IMG/VR virus record: IMGVR_UViG_3300040796_000034
Span: 32,001 to 96,000 of that record
Source of the DNA: a virus
Reading direction: 5' to 3' (one strand)
DNA: 64,000 nucleotides
Shown here: positions 17,462-28,613 of the stretch, piece by piece
Layout of the letters: every line of letters begins with the position of its first letter
How positions within the stretch are numbered: the stretch's first letter is position 1
Position numbers and translations under genes: made by a program
The notes under the pieces: generated by a model
What the model was told of the DNA's origin: nothing
What the model saw: the letters and a program-made list of their open reading frames with translations, nothing else
Database searches by the model: none

Positions 17462-17994
17462 TTAATCCTTCTACCATATTCTATAAACGTTAATGTAAAC
17501 GACATAATGTAGAACGGTATTTCTAAACCAACTTGAGGATTCATTGAACCGGAATACTGAACAGGGAATAAGATAATACCTTCCCTGTTTGTGTACCCGG
17601 TTTGTAAATCCAAAGGTTCTGGTTTTACATAATCCTTAATTAATATAGTTTCACGATTTTTAATACAGTCTTGACCAATAAGTGATACAATCTCTGCTAA
17701 TTCAAAATAAGGGTATTCTAGTAAAACATTAAAACCTCGTCTAACTGTACTGTATGTAAGATATGAACCATTACCCGTACTGTTTAACGTAGAAGCTGAC
17801 CCTTGGTTCGCATCATTATATTTTTCAGGGTCAACGTAAAAACAAATATAGTCTTCACCTTCTATTGTTTCAAGTAATTCATCTTTAAAACCTTCAGGGT
17901 CTTGTACCACAGCTTCATTAAATACACTATTTCTTAAGTATTGAGCTTTATCTTGTATTTTAATTTTACGATAGGGTGAACAATTAGTTGGCAT
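17458..17994 (-). CDS. Probable tail protein (distal-tail position)
   Basis: Same strand and just downstream of the tape measure; ends FTLTFIE. Confidence 0.45.
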   Translation of the reverse strand: MPTNCSPYRKIKIQDKAQYLRNSVFNEAVVQDPEGFKDELLETIEGEDYICFYVDPEKYNDANQGSASTLNSTGNGSYLTYSTVRRGFNVLLEYPYFELAEIVSLIGQDCIKNRETILIKDYVKPEPLDLQTGYTNREGIILFPVQYSGSMNPQVGLEIPFYIMSFTLTFIEYGRRIN

Positions 17995-18787
17995 CTGTTA
18001 TCTCACTAATTTTTAATTTATTATTTAATATTTGTTCAGTCTTTTCATCTAAAACATCTGTAAATTCTAGGTCACAAAATAGACTACAATCAGGTATGTC
18101 AATCTTAGGTAAACGACCTGTACCAGGTTTTAAATCTTTAAGAAACACACCTTTAATACAAGAGTGTCCTTTACTTTTCTCTAATTCAGACATCTTATCA
18201 AAAGTTTCTGGAAACAACTCTCTTATTAAATTCCAGTACCCCATACCACCTTTAACACAACCTACACAGTTATTGTTGTTAAAACCTAGTTGATACATCT
18301 TAGGTATTTCAATACCCTCTTTTAGTAAAATTTTAAGACAACTTTTTTTAGTTAACTTCTCCTCAATTAATGGAAATAAAGGTCTAGTATTAGGGTGCTG
18401 TTCGACAAAACGTATAGCTCTATTTATTTCACTTTTTGAGTATTCAAACCCAAAGACTTGATTAGTGAACTCATTTTCTTTTTCAAAATGTACTCTAACA
18501 TCTTTTTTTAAATAAGTTGTACAAGGCGCACCTCTAGGCCCGTTTACATACGACCTAGTACCTCTTTTGATTGCGTCAAACTGGTCAGTGTATTTTAAAC
18601 TTTTAATCGTTTCAATTTTTTTACCGTACCAGTCTTCACAATCTTTTTTAAACCTTTCATTATCAGGATGTGCAGTGTCAATATGAATATATACTGCGCG
18701 AACGTTATCTATGGAATATTTATCAAAAGCAAGTTTACAAGCAACAGCACTTGTAACACCTGCTGACCACCAAGCTATTATTTTCAT
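17984..18787 (-). CDS. PAPS-reductase-like adenine nucleotide alpha-hydrolase
   Basis: WWSAGVTSAVA PP-loop variant, HPDNERF, APCT..LK, NNNCVGCVKGG.GYW, C-terminal CSLFC. Confidence 0.75.
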   Translation of the reverse strand: MKIIAWWSAGVTSAVACKLAFDKYSIDNVRAVYIHIDTAHPDNERFKKDCEDWYGKKIETIKSLKYTDQFDAIKRGTRSYVNGPRGAPCTTYLKKDVRVHFEKENEFTNQVFGFEYSKSEINRAIRFVEQHPNTRPLFPLIEEKLTKKSCLKILLKEGIEIPKMYQLGFNNNNCVGCVKGGMGYWNLIRELFPETFDKMSELEKSKGHSCIKGVFLKDLKPGTGRLPKIDIPDCSLFCDLEFTDVLDEKTEQILNNKLKISEITDAN

Positions 18788-21700
18788 TTACAATCTTTTT
18801 TGAACTTCCTCAATTACATTATAGAACTGATTGTTAAAGTTAGGTATATTCTTAGCTTCTTCAGTCATTGTAATTGGTGAGTTAATCGTAATGTTATTTT
18901 CTTTCTTGTCTTTAAGTAAGTCTCGAATCTCCTCTAATGTATGTGTCTGTCTAGCTATTACCTTTTCACTGTCTTTTCTAGTTTCATTAGACATCGTAGA
19001 TTTAGATTCTTTATTAATTAAAGAACGCATTTCATCAATATCTGGGATATTTGTTTTTAAAAGATTATAAGAACGGTTGTCATATTTTTTTTGGTCTTCT
19101 GCATAAGAAGAAGGCATATCATCTAAAAGACCTCGCTCCTTAGCTAATTTAGCATCGTCTTGTACTTTTTTTGCTATTTCATCTTTAGTCCAAACTTTTT
19201 TGATTTGGTCTTTTCTATTAAAACCACCGAGACGATGCCAAACATCTAAAGACTCTAACTCTAGTTTAGTCTGCCTCATATCATAAAAAGACCTCTCTAC
19301 CTCAGATAATTGGTCTGGGTTAAAATTAAGACTAGCCATAGCCTTATCAATTTTTTCATATATCTGCTTAGTAATATTATCAACAAATTGTGAATTATTC
19401 TCTTTAACTACAGTAGCCTGTCTTTCAATTATTGCGGTTTGATTTTCAATATTTTTAACTAACTTTCGTTCACCCTCTGTCATGTTTTCGGGAGAGAACC
19501 GATTTATGGCAGATGTCTGATTTTCAATATTTTCAGTAACCTTCTCTGGTATTAATTTACTTAGAATCTCTGTCTGATTTTTAAGTATTGGTGTCTGGCT
19601 CTGAATAGCTGTTACGATTTCTTTAGTAACTATCTCAGCATTTGATTCAGATAAACTCTTAGAGTAAACTTCTAAATCTTTTTTAAGACTTTCTGTTATG
19701 TCTTTTCTTTCTGGTAGTTTTAAACTAAAATCTGATAACTCTCTAAGCTGTTTAAGAAGTCTGTCTTCGGATTTATCTCTAAGTTTATTAGCCTCTCTAC
19801 GAACTCTTGCATCATCTTTACTTGACTTAGTAAATTTAGCTTTCTCACCTTCAAGCTGTAACCTCTCTTGGTCTTGCTGAAAATCTAACTGACCTACTCT
19901 TTGTCGGTCTAAATTAGCTTCTAATGCCTGTTGTTTTTGGATAACGTCATAGAGTTCCTTTTGACTATTTAAAGTCTGTACAGCAGCTTCTACAGTGAGT
20001 CTAGCAGCTTCCTTATCCTCTTCAGAAGAGTTTCTGTTTGCTTGAATCTTTTTCTCTTCAATAATTGCTAATCTTACAGCGGCTTCAGACCGTATTAACT
20101 CTGTCTCTTTTTCAATAAGCTGTCTTTGTCTAGCAAGCTCGTTTCTCTTTAACTCAAACTTAAGTTGTTTATCTTGAATTTCTTGAACTATATCTAGTCG
20201 TTTAAGCTCACCATCAAGTCTTTGCCTTTCAAGAGTACGACTACGCACTTCTGTTTTTACTAAAGACTTTTCTAAATTAAATAGGTTAGCAATACCTGAA
20301 GTAAGAATATCAATACTATTTTGTTGAGACGCAATTAGCTTATCTTGTAAACCTAAAGTAGCATCTAATACCTGATTCATGTCAGTGTATTTTTGAAGTG
20401 AAATAGAAATACTTTGTTGTCTAAGTTTTTCTAAAGATATCTGCTTATCTAACCTAGCAATAACCTCCCGGTTTTTAGCAATCTCAAGGTCTAGTAAACC
20501 ACGTTCACCTACAAGTTCCCTTCTCTGTTGGATAATTAATTGTTCATTTTTAATCTGCCTTTCTTGTAAGATTAGTTGCTCATTCTTTATTTCACTTTCT
20601 TTATCTAATAGAGATAAGTTTTGCTCAATTTGTTTTAATTGAACTTCTAATAATTCAATATCTTCTTTAGATTTATTAAATATTTCAGCTTTTTTAATCT
20701 CAAGCTCTATACTAATTTTTTGAGAATTAAGCTGTAACTCTTGTAACTGCTGTTCAGCTATAATAGATTTTTTCTGTAACTCAAGACTTTGTTTTTGATT
20801 TTCTAATTTACGGTCTTCTATATCTAAAGACTTAAGTTGTATCTCATTTTGTCTTTGTACAAGCTGTGTATTTATTTCAGCTTTCTTAACCCGGTCAGTT
20901 TCTCTATCTATGACAAGTTGAAGTCTTTCTCGCTCTAGTGAAAGTAAACTTTGTTCATACTCAAAACCAATTTCTTTCTCTTGTTGTAATAATCTAATTT
21001 GTTTAATTTCTAATTTAAGTAGTTGAATCTTATACTCTTGGGTAACTTTAAACTTTTCAAAAGCAAGCTGCTCTTGTTTAATTTGTTTCTCAAGTGCCTG
21101 GATTTTAACATCTTGAACTATCTTTGCAAATTCAGTTTCTAATCTTTCTTTTTCTTGTAAAAGTTTGGTATGTTCTACATTACCTTTTTTAAATGTCTTT
21201 GAAAGTTTTTCATTAGCCGCTAATTCTTCTTTAATCTTTGACTGCTTTAGTGCTGAAATTTTATTCAAATAGTTCTCATAAGAGATAGTGTCTTGAATAT
21301 AAGCTTTCTCCACTTCTGCTATTTCTAAATTGATTAACTGAACTCGTTCATCTTTAGCAGCTTCAAGTGTTTGCCTTTTTTGCTCTAAATGATTTTTTAA
21401 TAATTCCGTTTCTAAAATATTAATTTCTTTCTGTGTCTTAAGATACTCTTCACTACCTTTAATAGTTAGCTTAAGTTTAGCTTTTAGATACTGTATCTGT
21501 ATTTTAATCTTCTCATTGGCTAAGTTTTGCTCCTCTGCTAAGAGTTCTAAATTACTTCCTTTAGTTCTTTTTAAGGATAATGCAGCTTCTTCAATCTCTA
21601 CCTTATAAATTTTTTTACGATACTCTCTATCAAGTGTCTGGATTTTAACATCTTGAATTGTTTTTGCGGACTTAGTTTCTAATTCCTCTCTTTCTTGTAA

Positions 21701-24700
21701 AAGTTTAATATGTTCTACACTATTCTTTTTAAATGTCTCTGAAAGTTCTTTATTAGCCGCTAATTCTTCTTTAATTTTTGACCGTCTTAATGCTGAGATT
21801 TTGTTTAGATAGTTTTCATAAGAAATAATGCCTTTAACATAAGCTTTCTCCACTTCTGCTATTTCAAGATTAATTAGTTGAACTCGTTCATTTTTAGCGG
21901 CTTCAGTCATTCGTCTTTTTTGTTCTAAATGACCTTTTAATAACTTTGTCTCTAAAAAATTAATCTCTTTCTGTGTATTAAAATACTCTTCACTATCTTT
22001 TACCGCTAAGTTAAGTTTGGCTTTTAGATACTGTATCTGTATTTTAATTTTTTCATTAGCTAAGTTTTGTTCTTCTGCTAAAAGTTTTAGATTATTTCCT
22101 TTAGCTCTCTCTAAGGCTAGTTCAGCTTCTTTAATCTCTATCTTATTAGTTTTTTGACGATACTCTCTATCAAGTTTTTCCTGTTCAAACCGTTTATCAC
22201 TATTTAGTAACTGAGATTCTTTTTCTGCAATCTCTTTTAGTAAATTAAGACGTTCTATACTACCTTTTTTAAGAGTCTTTAGTCTAATCTTTTGATACTC
22301 AATATCGTTTTCTAAAATAGTATTTTGTAATTCTTTACTTTTTTGTAAATAAATATTTTCAGAAAGATTTTCTTTTAAGTATTTTTTTTCTAACTCAGCT
22401 TGTTCTAAATTAAAGTTTGCAACTCTTTTCTGCATATAAAACTTAGAAAGTTCAAGACTTTCCTTTTCAGCTAATTCAGCTAAATCTAATCTAGTTTTAT
22501 GTAATTGAGCATCTAGTTCAAGATATTCGTCGGAACCCTCTTGTAGCGCAACAAGTCTCTTTTCTAACGTATCTTTATCAATCTCTAAAGACCTTCTGTT
22601 TTGTTCAAATCTTTGTTTAAAAAGTTCCTCAGTAGTACCATTGTTTATTTCAATTTCTAATTCAGACTGCTCTTTTCGTAGTTCAATAATACGTTTAGTT
22701 TTATCCCGTTCAATATTTTGAATCTGTTTATCTCTATACAGCTTTTGTTTCTCAAAAGTATTCTCAAGTAACTCTAGTTGAATCTCTTTTCGTTTATCTG
22801 CATTATTTCTATATAAACCAAGTTCTTTAAGTAAACCTTGACGAGCTATCTCCAGTTTCTTTTCTTGCAATTTAAACTCTTTATCTAATTCACTACTGTC
22901 AGAGCCGTCTAACATAGCTTGCTGACTTTGAATAAGCTGTTTTTGAAGTGCTGAATTTTTTAACCGTACTTGTTCTTCAATTCTCTTTTTATTTAGTTCC
23001 AATATAGTACGATTTTTCTCAATTTCTAAATCTTTTATTGCTTGAACAATTGCAGCATACTTTTCTTTATATAACTCATCTTCTTTATCTAAAGATGCAA
23101 GAGTTTCTTTTTTCTCTCTAATTAAGTTGACATAGTATTTAGTCTCTAATCGTGAAATATTATCTAAGTAAGTCTGTCTAGTTACTATACCTGACTCAAG
23201 ATTGTCTTGTAAATCTTTCTTCTCTCGGTCTATTAAAATTTGTCGAAGTTTAGTTACTCTATCTTGTTCCTGTATCTGTAGTTTAAGTCTGAGATTGATA
23301 AGTTCTTGTTCAGCTTTTTGTACATAAACACTCTCTTCTGAATAAGATTTTTTAAGAGTTTCTATTTCAGCTTCTTTTACTTCAATAAATTTTTTAGTAA
23401 CTAACTCTTGTAAATCAAATGTTTGTTTTGCATAGGTCTGTTCTAGTAAAAGTTTCTGATTAAATAAGCTTTCATACTTCTCAATACGCAACTTGTTTAA
23501 CAGGGTTTCCTCTTGACCAATATTTTTCTGAATATTTAATACCTGTTCTTGTAAAGCTTTATAGACTTCAGGTTCAATATACTGTTTAATTTCTTCAGTG
23601 AAAATAGATAGTCTTTGTACAGCTTCTTTAGATGTAATTTCCCCGGCAGCGTTAAGTTCTCTGATGTTATTTAAGTAACTATTAATCTGAGAGTTAAACT
23701 TTTGAGGGTCAATCTCTTCAAAAGAAAATGTTTTAACTAATTCAACTCCAATATCCTTAAGATTACTAATTAGCTCTTCTTTATTTTCACCGTTAATACT
23801 TTCATAGATTTTGTCAAGTTTTTCTGTAGGAATATCTGAAATAGCTATACCTAACTGTTTAAACTCTTGAGCTAATGATTCTCTAGTGACCTTTATTCGC
23901 CCGTTTAATAAGCCGTCAACTAAGTTTTTAACTTCTGTATCAACGTAAGATGTTTGACCCTCTATAACAGCACTAATCTTTGACAAGGTATTATCTAATT
24001 GAGCTTCCAACTTATCACTTTCAGTATTTAGTGAAGTAATAAAAGAAGTTACGCCTAAGTTATCTTCATTAGTATTTAAGAATTTTCTACGAGTTTCTTT
24101 ATACCTGTCTTCCATAACCTGTACAGAAGTAATGATTGACTTAAATGTGTCTGTATTAATATTTTTAAGTACATTACTATTTTTTAGATATAGCTCTTCT
24201 AAATTCGCTGCAATCCTCTCAACATCCTCTTGATTCTTAGCTCCTAAACTATTTAATAGAGGTTTGTATTCATCAATAGATGCTAATAATTCAGCTATTT
24301 TAATTTTTTGACCGTCAATCTGTTCGCCCGACAAAGCTTTAGTCAATGTATTAAACGCCTCTTGATTTATTTTAAGAGTTTCTTGACCTTCTTCATTAAC
24401 AGATACAAGGTCTGTTTTTAAATCAGTTAATGTTTGTTTAAGTACAATAGAACCGTCATTAACACTTTTAATAAAATCTGTACTATTATTAACGATTTTA
24501 TTTTGATACAAGCTAAAACTAGACTGTATTTCGTTATTTAGTTCATAGTTAAGGTTTTGTAAACTATTTTTTGTATTGTCTAATTCATTTACAGAGATAA
24601 CTTCGTTTTGAGTGTCTTTAAGTGTATCTAAATATTGGTTTCTTACTTTTAGGTATTTTTCTTGCTCTTTATATGTTTCAATACTTACTCTTTTCAACTC

Positions 24701-27700
24701 TTCAAGTGTTTGAATTTTTGCACGAGTCATATCTAACTCAGCCTTTTCTAAATCAGTCATTTTCTTACCTTTGTCTTCTAAAATCTGAACTCGTTGCTCT
24801 TGTACAGCTATAGAATTTTCTACAAACTTAATCCTTTGTTTATGTATCTTCTCTTCACGGTTAAAATCCTCAGCAGTTAATAAGATTTTTTCTTTAATTT
24901 TTTCATTAGTTATTTCTGATAAAGGTACACCTTCTCTCATTAACTTATTCTGTTTAATTATTTGAAGATTGCCTCTATGTAAAGAATCTTCTAAATCAGC
25001 AAATACTTCAGCCCTTTTACTATAGCCAGACAACCTAGCTTGCCAGTCTTTAATACCTAACATTTTTGTTAAGCTATTACCGACATCACCGTAAGTTACC
25101 ACCTCTTTATTAAAATTTTTTAACTTCTTATCAGCATCTACTAATCTATCTGAGAGTTTAAGTAAAGTCTTTTCGCTACGATTGTAAGCAAGACCGAGGT
25201 TATCCATATTACTTACATGGTCTTTTACATCTTTACTTAGTTCTTTATAAGTCTCTTTAAGCTCGTTATTCTTACTTATAAGAGAACCTATTTTCATAAT
25301 AAGCCCCATTACGACCGTTAGAACTGCCATAGAAGCAATTGTTGACATAAGACCTGCAACAGCTAATCCAGCACCCTTAATAGCTCCAGAAAGCCCTCCA
25401 AACTTAATCTTTAAAAAATCAACTGCTTTAGCTATAAAAGGAAATTTTGTAAGAATACTTTTAGTGAATAGGCTAATCTTTGTTTGTGCCGTCTGTGCTT
25501 TAGTTGATAGAAATGTAAAACCTTTACCAACTTTAAGTAACCAAGGAAACTTTTTAATCAAAGACGCTGTAGTGGCATCTATTTGATTTTTCACAAAGCC
25601 CATTATTTTAGCATTAGTTTTATGTATGATATTATTTCTTACAATTACTTCATTGCCAAAAACCATGATTTTAGTTAACTTACCTTGAGCTAACCCTTCC
25701 TCCTGTATAGCTATTTTTTTAGCTCGTGAAAGATTAAGAGAAGTTTGTTTAACTACATTTTGTTGAGCTTCAAGTTCCGTGTTTACTTGTGTTAATTGAT
25801 TTGTTAACCTCTGTATATTCCACTCATTTTTATTAACTTCGAGTTTTGCTTTATCAAGTTGTATAGACAAAGCTTTTTGAGTGTTTTGTAAACGAATTAA
25901 TTGAGCTTGTTCAAAATCCTGTTTAATTTGTGCAGCGCTTAAGTTTAAATATACTTGTTTAATATTATTTACTTGCGTATCGACTTTAGCAGACACACCT
26001 TTTTTAATAGCTCCTAGTTCTTTAAGCTGTTTAATTTCTATATCTCTTTGTATTCTCAACATTTCTCGAAGTTTTCTCTCTTTCTCTAATTGAATTTGAG
26101 TAAGATTTTGTTGAGAACGCATCTCTTTTCTTTGAGCGCTAGTTAAATTCGCGTCGTTAGCTAGTTGGTCTTTTGAACGAGCTAATCTTTCATTTAGGTC
26201 AGCACTTCTGTTACTACTAGCCCCTATATCTTTTGCAACTGCTATAACACGACCCTTCTGTTTATTGTATTTCTCCGTAGCTTTTGTCATACCAGTTCTT
26301 TGAAGTATCTGTGTATGAGTAAACGTACCTTTAACAGCGGCATCTAATTCTTTTTGAGCATCTTTAGATAGTTTAGCTGTCTGTACAATGCCTAAGTTAA
26401 TATCAGTGACAATACCTTTTTGCTTTAATAAAGTTTGGTTAACACTTGTTAAAACTCTTCTATGCTCTTGATTAACTCCTACAAGATGTCCTAATACTTT
26501 TAACCAACCATGTTTTTCTTTTATTAAGCTTTTAATTAATTTTGTCTGGTCTAATATACCTGCATTGGTTGTACCGAAAAATTTATTTGAAATACTATTA
26601 AAGACAACTGTGAAAGCTTTAAAAGATAAAATAGTAGTGAAGGTACTAAACAGTGCTTTTCCTATAGCTACAATTGTACCCGTAACTTTACCAATCTTTT
26701 CTACAACTATTGCTAAGTTCTTTGCTAATTCAATTACTAAATCTTTATTCTCTAAGATAATATTTCTAATAGAAAAAGCACTTTCTTCATAACGTTCAAG
26801 ATATTTATTTTGCTGTTCCGAAAAAGCTTTACCAAAAGAAATCAATAGCTCGTTATATGAGTTTTGAATTGCTTGAAATTTTTTCTCTGTTGATTGAGCG
26901 ATATTCTCAAAAGCTTCATCTAACGTACCTGTTGTAGTAGCATTTATCTGTTCAAGGTTATCTACGAAACTGTTTGCTTCATCATTTGTTAAAGCAATAG
27001 CAGCTTTAAAAGCATTCATTTCTGGGAATAACTCTCTTAGCTTTTCAATATTCCCACCAAGAGCTTTACTTAACTGTTGTAGCTTAGGTCCAAAGTTAGA
27101 TAGGTCATCAAAAGTTACTCCAAGCTCTCTTAATATTTTTTTCTGTTCCGGTCCCATAGAGAGGACTGAGTTAATAAAGCTGTTTAAAGCGGTTACAGAG
27201 GGCGCTGTAGGCATACCAGAGGTTGTTAACGTATCAACCGATGCAAGTACGTCCTCAAACTCTAACCCGGCGGCTTTAGCTGAGGTAAATGCCTGGGGTA
27301 AAATATCTTGAGCTTCTTTAACAGAAGTTAAACGCAACTGTTCCATCTTCAGTAATTTAGCTGCGACATCTCCCGCCTCTTCACCACCTTTGTCAAAACT
27401 TCTAAGACTTTTAATAATAAGACCACCTACCCCAAACTTATCCGGGGAGCTTGCACCGACGGATAGTTTCTCAATAGATTCTAAAATGCTTAAGTTTTCC
27501 TTCATATCACTAAATTCACCAGAAGCAACTTGATAAGAGATAGCTAGTGAATCAATAGAGGATGTTAGGTTTTTTAAAGGGCCATCAACAGTTTTTTGTA
27601 ACTCATTACCGTATTCTTTTAAGACTGATTTAGATGCACCAAAGATTGTATTAAATTGATTTAAACTTGCTTCAAATTGGTCAAATGCAACTAAGGATTT

Positions 27701-28249
27701 ATTTGTAAACTCTTCTACAATAGCAGGGTTGAGAGTGAAAAAACCAAGCATCTCATCCTTAAGTCTGGCAATAGATACGTCATATCCACTATTTGCCATA
27801 CGATTTAATACTTTATCTGTCCTACTCCATACGTTTGTTATATCTTCTGCAAACGTTTTAGCAATTTTAGTAAATTCTGCCATGAAGATAGAGACATTAG
27901 AGTACGCATTAAAACCACCCCAAAGTATCTTACCAAGATTTATCTTTCCTGAGAGTTTTGATAGGTTACTCAACTCTTTAGTTACATTTTTTACAGATTT
28001 CTCATAAGCTTTTAATTGTTTACTCGATATTTCTACTGATTTATTAACAGCTTTTATCTGTTTATTTTGTTTAGTAAAACTTTCAGAATAACTTTTAAAT
28101 GTTTTCTGTAAAGGTGTTAATATTTTCTCTGATAAATCTTTAAGCTTCTTCTTACTTTCGTCAAAAAACTTTAATAGTTCATCACTATCCTCAATACCAA
28201 AGGCTATTTTCTTTTCTGTAGAGTTTGTGTTTTGTCCTGCCGCTACCAT
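18788..28249 (-). CDS. Tape measure protein (3153 aa)
   Basis: TP901-type minor-tail core near the N-terminus, hydrophobic stretches and long coiled coils; follows the tail tube and chaperone genes. Confidence 0.9.
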   Translation of the reverse strand: MVAAGQNTNSTEKKIAFGIEDSDELLKFFDESKKKLKDLSEKILTPLQKTFKSYSESFTKQNKQIKAVNKSVEISSKQLKAYEKSVKNVTKELSNLSKLSGKINLGKILWGGFNAYSNVSIFMAEFTKIAKTFAEDITNVWSRTDKVLNRMANSGYDVSIARLKDEMLGFFTLNPAIVEEFTNKSLVAFDQFEASLNQFNTIFGASKSVLKEYGNELQKTVDGPLKNLTSSIDSLAISYQVASGEFSDMKENLSILESIEKLSVGASSPDKFGVGGLIIKSLRSFDKGGEEAGDVAAKLLKMEQLRLTSVKEAQDILPQAFTSAKAAGLEFEDVLASVDTLTTSGMPTAPSVTALNSFINSVLSMGPEQKKILRELGVTFDDLSNFGPKLQQLSKALGGNIEKLRELFPEMNAFKAAIALTNDEANSFVDNLEQINATTTGTLDEAFENIAQSTEKKFQAIQNSYNELLISFGKAFSEQQNKYLERYEESAFSIRNIILENKDLVIELAKNLAIVVEKIGKVTGTIVAIGKALFSTFTTILSFKAFTVVFNSISNKFFGTTNAGILDQTKLIKSLIKEKHGWLKVLGHLVGVNQEHRRVLTSVNQTLLKQKGIVTDINLGIVQTAKLSKDAQKELDAAVKGTFTHTQILQRTGMTKATEKYNKQKGRVIAVAKDIGASSNRSADLNERLARSKDQLANDANLTSAQRKEMRSQQNLTQIQLEKERKLREMLRIQRDIEIKQLKELGAIKKGVSAKVDTQVNNIKQVYLNLSAAQIKQDFEQAQLIRLQNTQKALSIQLDKAKLEVNKNEWNIQRLTNQLTQVNTELEAQQNVVKQTSLNLSRAKKIAIQEEGLAQGKLTKIMVFGNEVIVRNNIIHKTNAKIMGFVKNQIDATTASLIKKFPWLLKVGKGFTFLSTKAQTAQTKISLFTKSILTKFPFIAKAVDFLKIKFGGLSGAIKGAGLAVAGLMSTIASMAVLTVVMGLIMKIGSLISKNNELKETYKELSKDVKDHVSNMDNLGLAYNRSEKTLLKLSDRLVDADKKLKNFNKEVVTYGDVGNSLTKMLGIKDWQARLSGYSKRAEVFADLEDSLHRGNLQIIKQNKLMREGVPLSEITNEKIKEKILLTAEDFNREEKIHKQRIKFVENSIAVQEQRVQILEDKGKKMTDLEKAELDMTRAKIQTLEELKRVSIETYKEQEKYLKVRNQYLDTLKDTQNEVISVNELDNTKNSLQNLNYELNNEIQSSFSLYQNKIVNNSTDFIKSVNDGSIVLKQTLTDLKTDLVSVNEEGQETLKINQEAFNTLTKALSGEQIDGQKIKIAELLASIDEYKPLLNSLGAKNQEDVERIAANLEELYLKNSNVLKNINTDTFKSIITSVQVMEDRYKETRRKFLNTNEDNLGVTSFITSLNTESDKLEAQLDNTLSKISAVIEGQTSYVDTEVKNLVDGLLNGRIKVTRESLAQEFKQLGIAISDIPTEKLDKIYESINGENKEELISNLKDIGVELVKTFSFEEIDPQKFNSQINSYLNNIRELNAAGEITSKEAVQRLSIFTEEIKQYIEPEVYKALQEQVLNIQKNIGQEETLLNKLRIEKYESLFNQKLLLEQTYAKQTFDLQELVTKKFIEVKEAEIETLKKSYSEESVYVQKAEQELINLRLKLQIQEQDRVTKLRQILIDREKKDLQDNLESGIVTRQTYLDNISRLETKYYVNLIREKKETLASLDKEDELYKEKYAAIVQAIKDLEIEKNRTILELNKKRIEEQVRLKNSALQKQLIQSQQAMLDGSDSSELDKEFKLQEKKLEIARQGLLKELGLYRNNADKRKEIQLELLENTFEKQKLYRDKQIQNIERDKTKRIIELRKEQSELEIEINNGTTEELFKQRFEQNRRSLEIDKDTLEKRLVALQEGSDEYLELDAQLHKTRLDLAELAEKESLELSKFYMQKRVANFNLEQAELEKKYLKENLSENIYLQKSKELQNTILENDIEYQKIRLKTLKKGSIERLNLLKEIAEKESQLLNSDKRFEQEKLDREYRQKTNKIEIKEAELALERAKGNNLKLLAEEQNLANEKIKIQIQYLKAKLNLAVKDSEEYFNTQKEINFLETKLLKGHLEQKRRMTEAAKNERVQLINLEIAEVEKAYVKGIISYENYLNKISALRRSKIKEELAANKELSETFKKNSVEHIKLLQEREELETKSAKTIQDVKIQTLDREYRKKIYKVEIEEAALSLKRTKGSNLELLAEEQNLANEKIKIQIQYLKAKLKLTIKGSEEYLKTQKEINILETELLKNHLEQKRQTLEAAKDERVQLINLEIAEVEKAYIQDTISYENYLNKISALKQSKIKEELAANEKLSKTFKKGNVEHTKLLQEKERLETEFAKIVQDVKIQALEKQIKQEQLAFEKFKVTQEYKIQLLKLEIKQIRLLQQEKEIGFEYEQSLLSLERERLQLVIDRETDRVKKAEINTQLVQRQNEIQLKSLDIEDRKLENQKQSLELQKKSIIAEQQLQELQLNSQKISIELEIKKAEIFNKSKEDIELLEVQLKQIEQNLSLLDKESEIKNEQLILQERQIKNEQLIIQQRRELVGERGLLDLEIAKNREVIARLDKQISLEKLRQQSISISLQKYTDMNQVLDATLGLQDKLIASQQNSIDILTSGIANLFNLEKSLVKTEVRSRTLERQRLDGELKRLDIVQEIQDKQLKFELKRNELARQRQLIEKETELIRSEAAVRLAIIEEKKIQANRNSSEEDKEAARLTVEAAVQTLNSQKELYDVIQKQQALEANLDRQRVGQLDFQQDQERLQLEGEKAKFTKSSKDDARVRREANKLRDKSEDRLLKQLRELSDFSLKLPERKDITESLKKDLEVYSKSLSESNAEIVTKEIVTAIQSQTPILKNQTEILSKLIPEKVTENIENQTSAINRFSPENMTEGERKLVKNIENQTAIIERQATVVKENNSQFVDNITKQIYEKIDKAMASLNFNPDQLSEVERSFYDMRQTKLELESLDVWHRLGGFNRKDQIKKVWTKDEIAKKVQDDAKLAKERGLLDDMPSSYAEDQKKYDNRSYNLLKTNIPDIDEMRSLINKESKSTMSNETRKDSEKVIARQTHTLEEIRDLLKDKKENNITINSPITMTEEAKNIPNFNNQFYNVIEEVQKRL
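21095..22174. repeat. 540-bp tandem duplication inside the tape measure gene
   Basis: DREYR...LLAEEQNLANEKIKIQIQYLKAKL...QDVKIQ.L occurs twice with a period of 540 nt (180 aa). Confidence 0.9.
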
Positions 28250-28283
28250 AATTAAATCCTGTTAATAAAAAAAAGAACTTTAA

Positions 28284-28613
28284 CTAATTAAAATTAAAGT
28301 TCAAAAAATCTTTGCTAGATATGTTTTTGCCACCTATATTAATAGTATGGTTGTCTTTACCCTGTTCTCGTATTTTATCCATACTCTCTTTTACACTTTC
28401 AGCTTTTTTCTCTTCTTCGGGTTTTCTTAAATAAACAGTTTCTTTAATAAGATTTCTGATAAAGATGTGGTCAAAAGTTTGCCAGAGTTCGATAGGGTTT
28501 AAATTAGATTCTTTATATATTTCAATAAGGAAAGCTAACTCTTCAGCGTCATAGTCATCTACTCGTCGTTTTGTATTTGAGACATTCTGTGAGTTAGACG
28601 TTTCTCTATCCGC
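28284..28613 (-). CDS. Tail assembly chaperone -1 frameshift extension (gpGT-like)
   Basis: The -1 frame is open for 109 codons from the slippery site (ADRETSN...DDYDAEELAFLIEIYKESNLNPIELWQ...) to TAG 28284. Confidence 0.8.
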   Translation of the reverse strand, partial: ADRETSNSQNVSNTKRRVDDYDAEELAFLIEIYKESNLNPIELWQTFDHIFIRNLIKETVYLRKPEEEKKAESVKESMDKIREQGKDNHTINIGGKNISSKDFLNFNFN

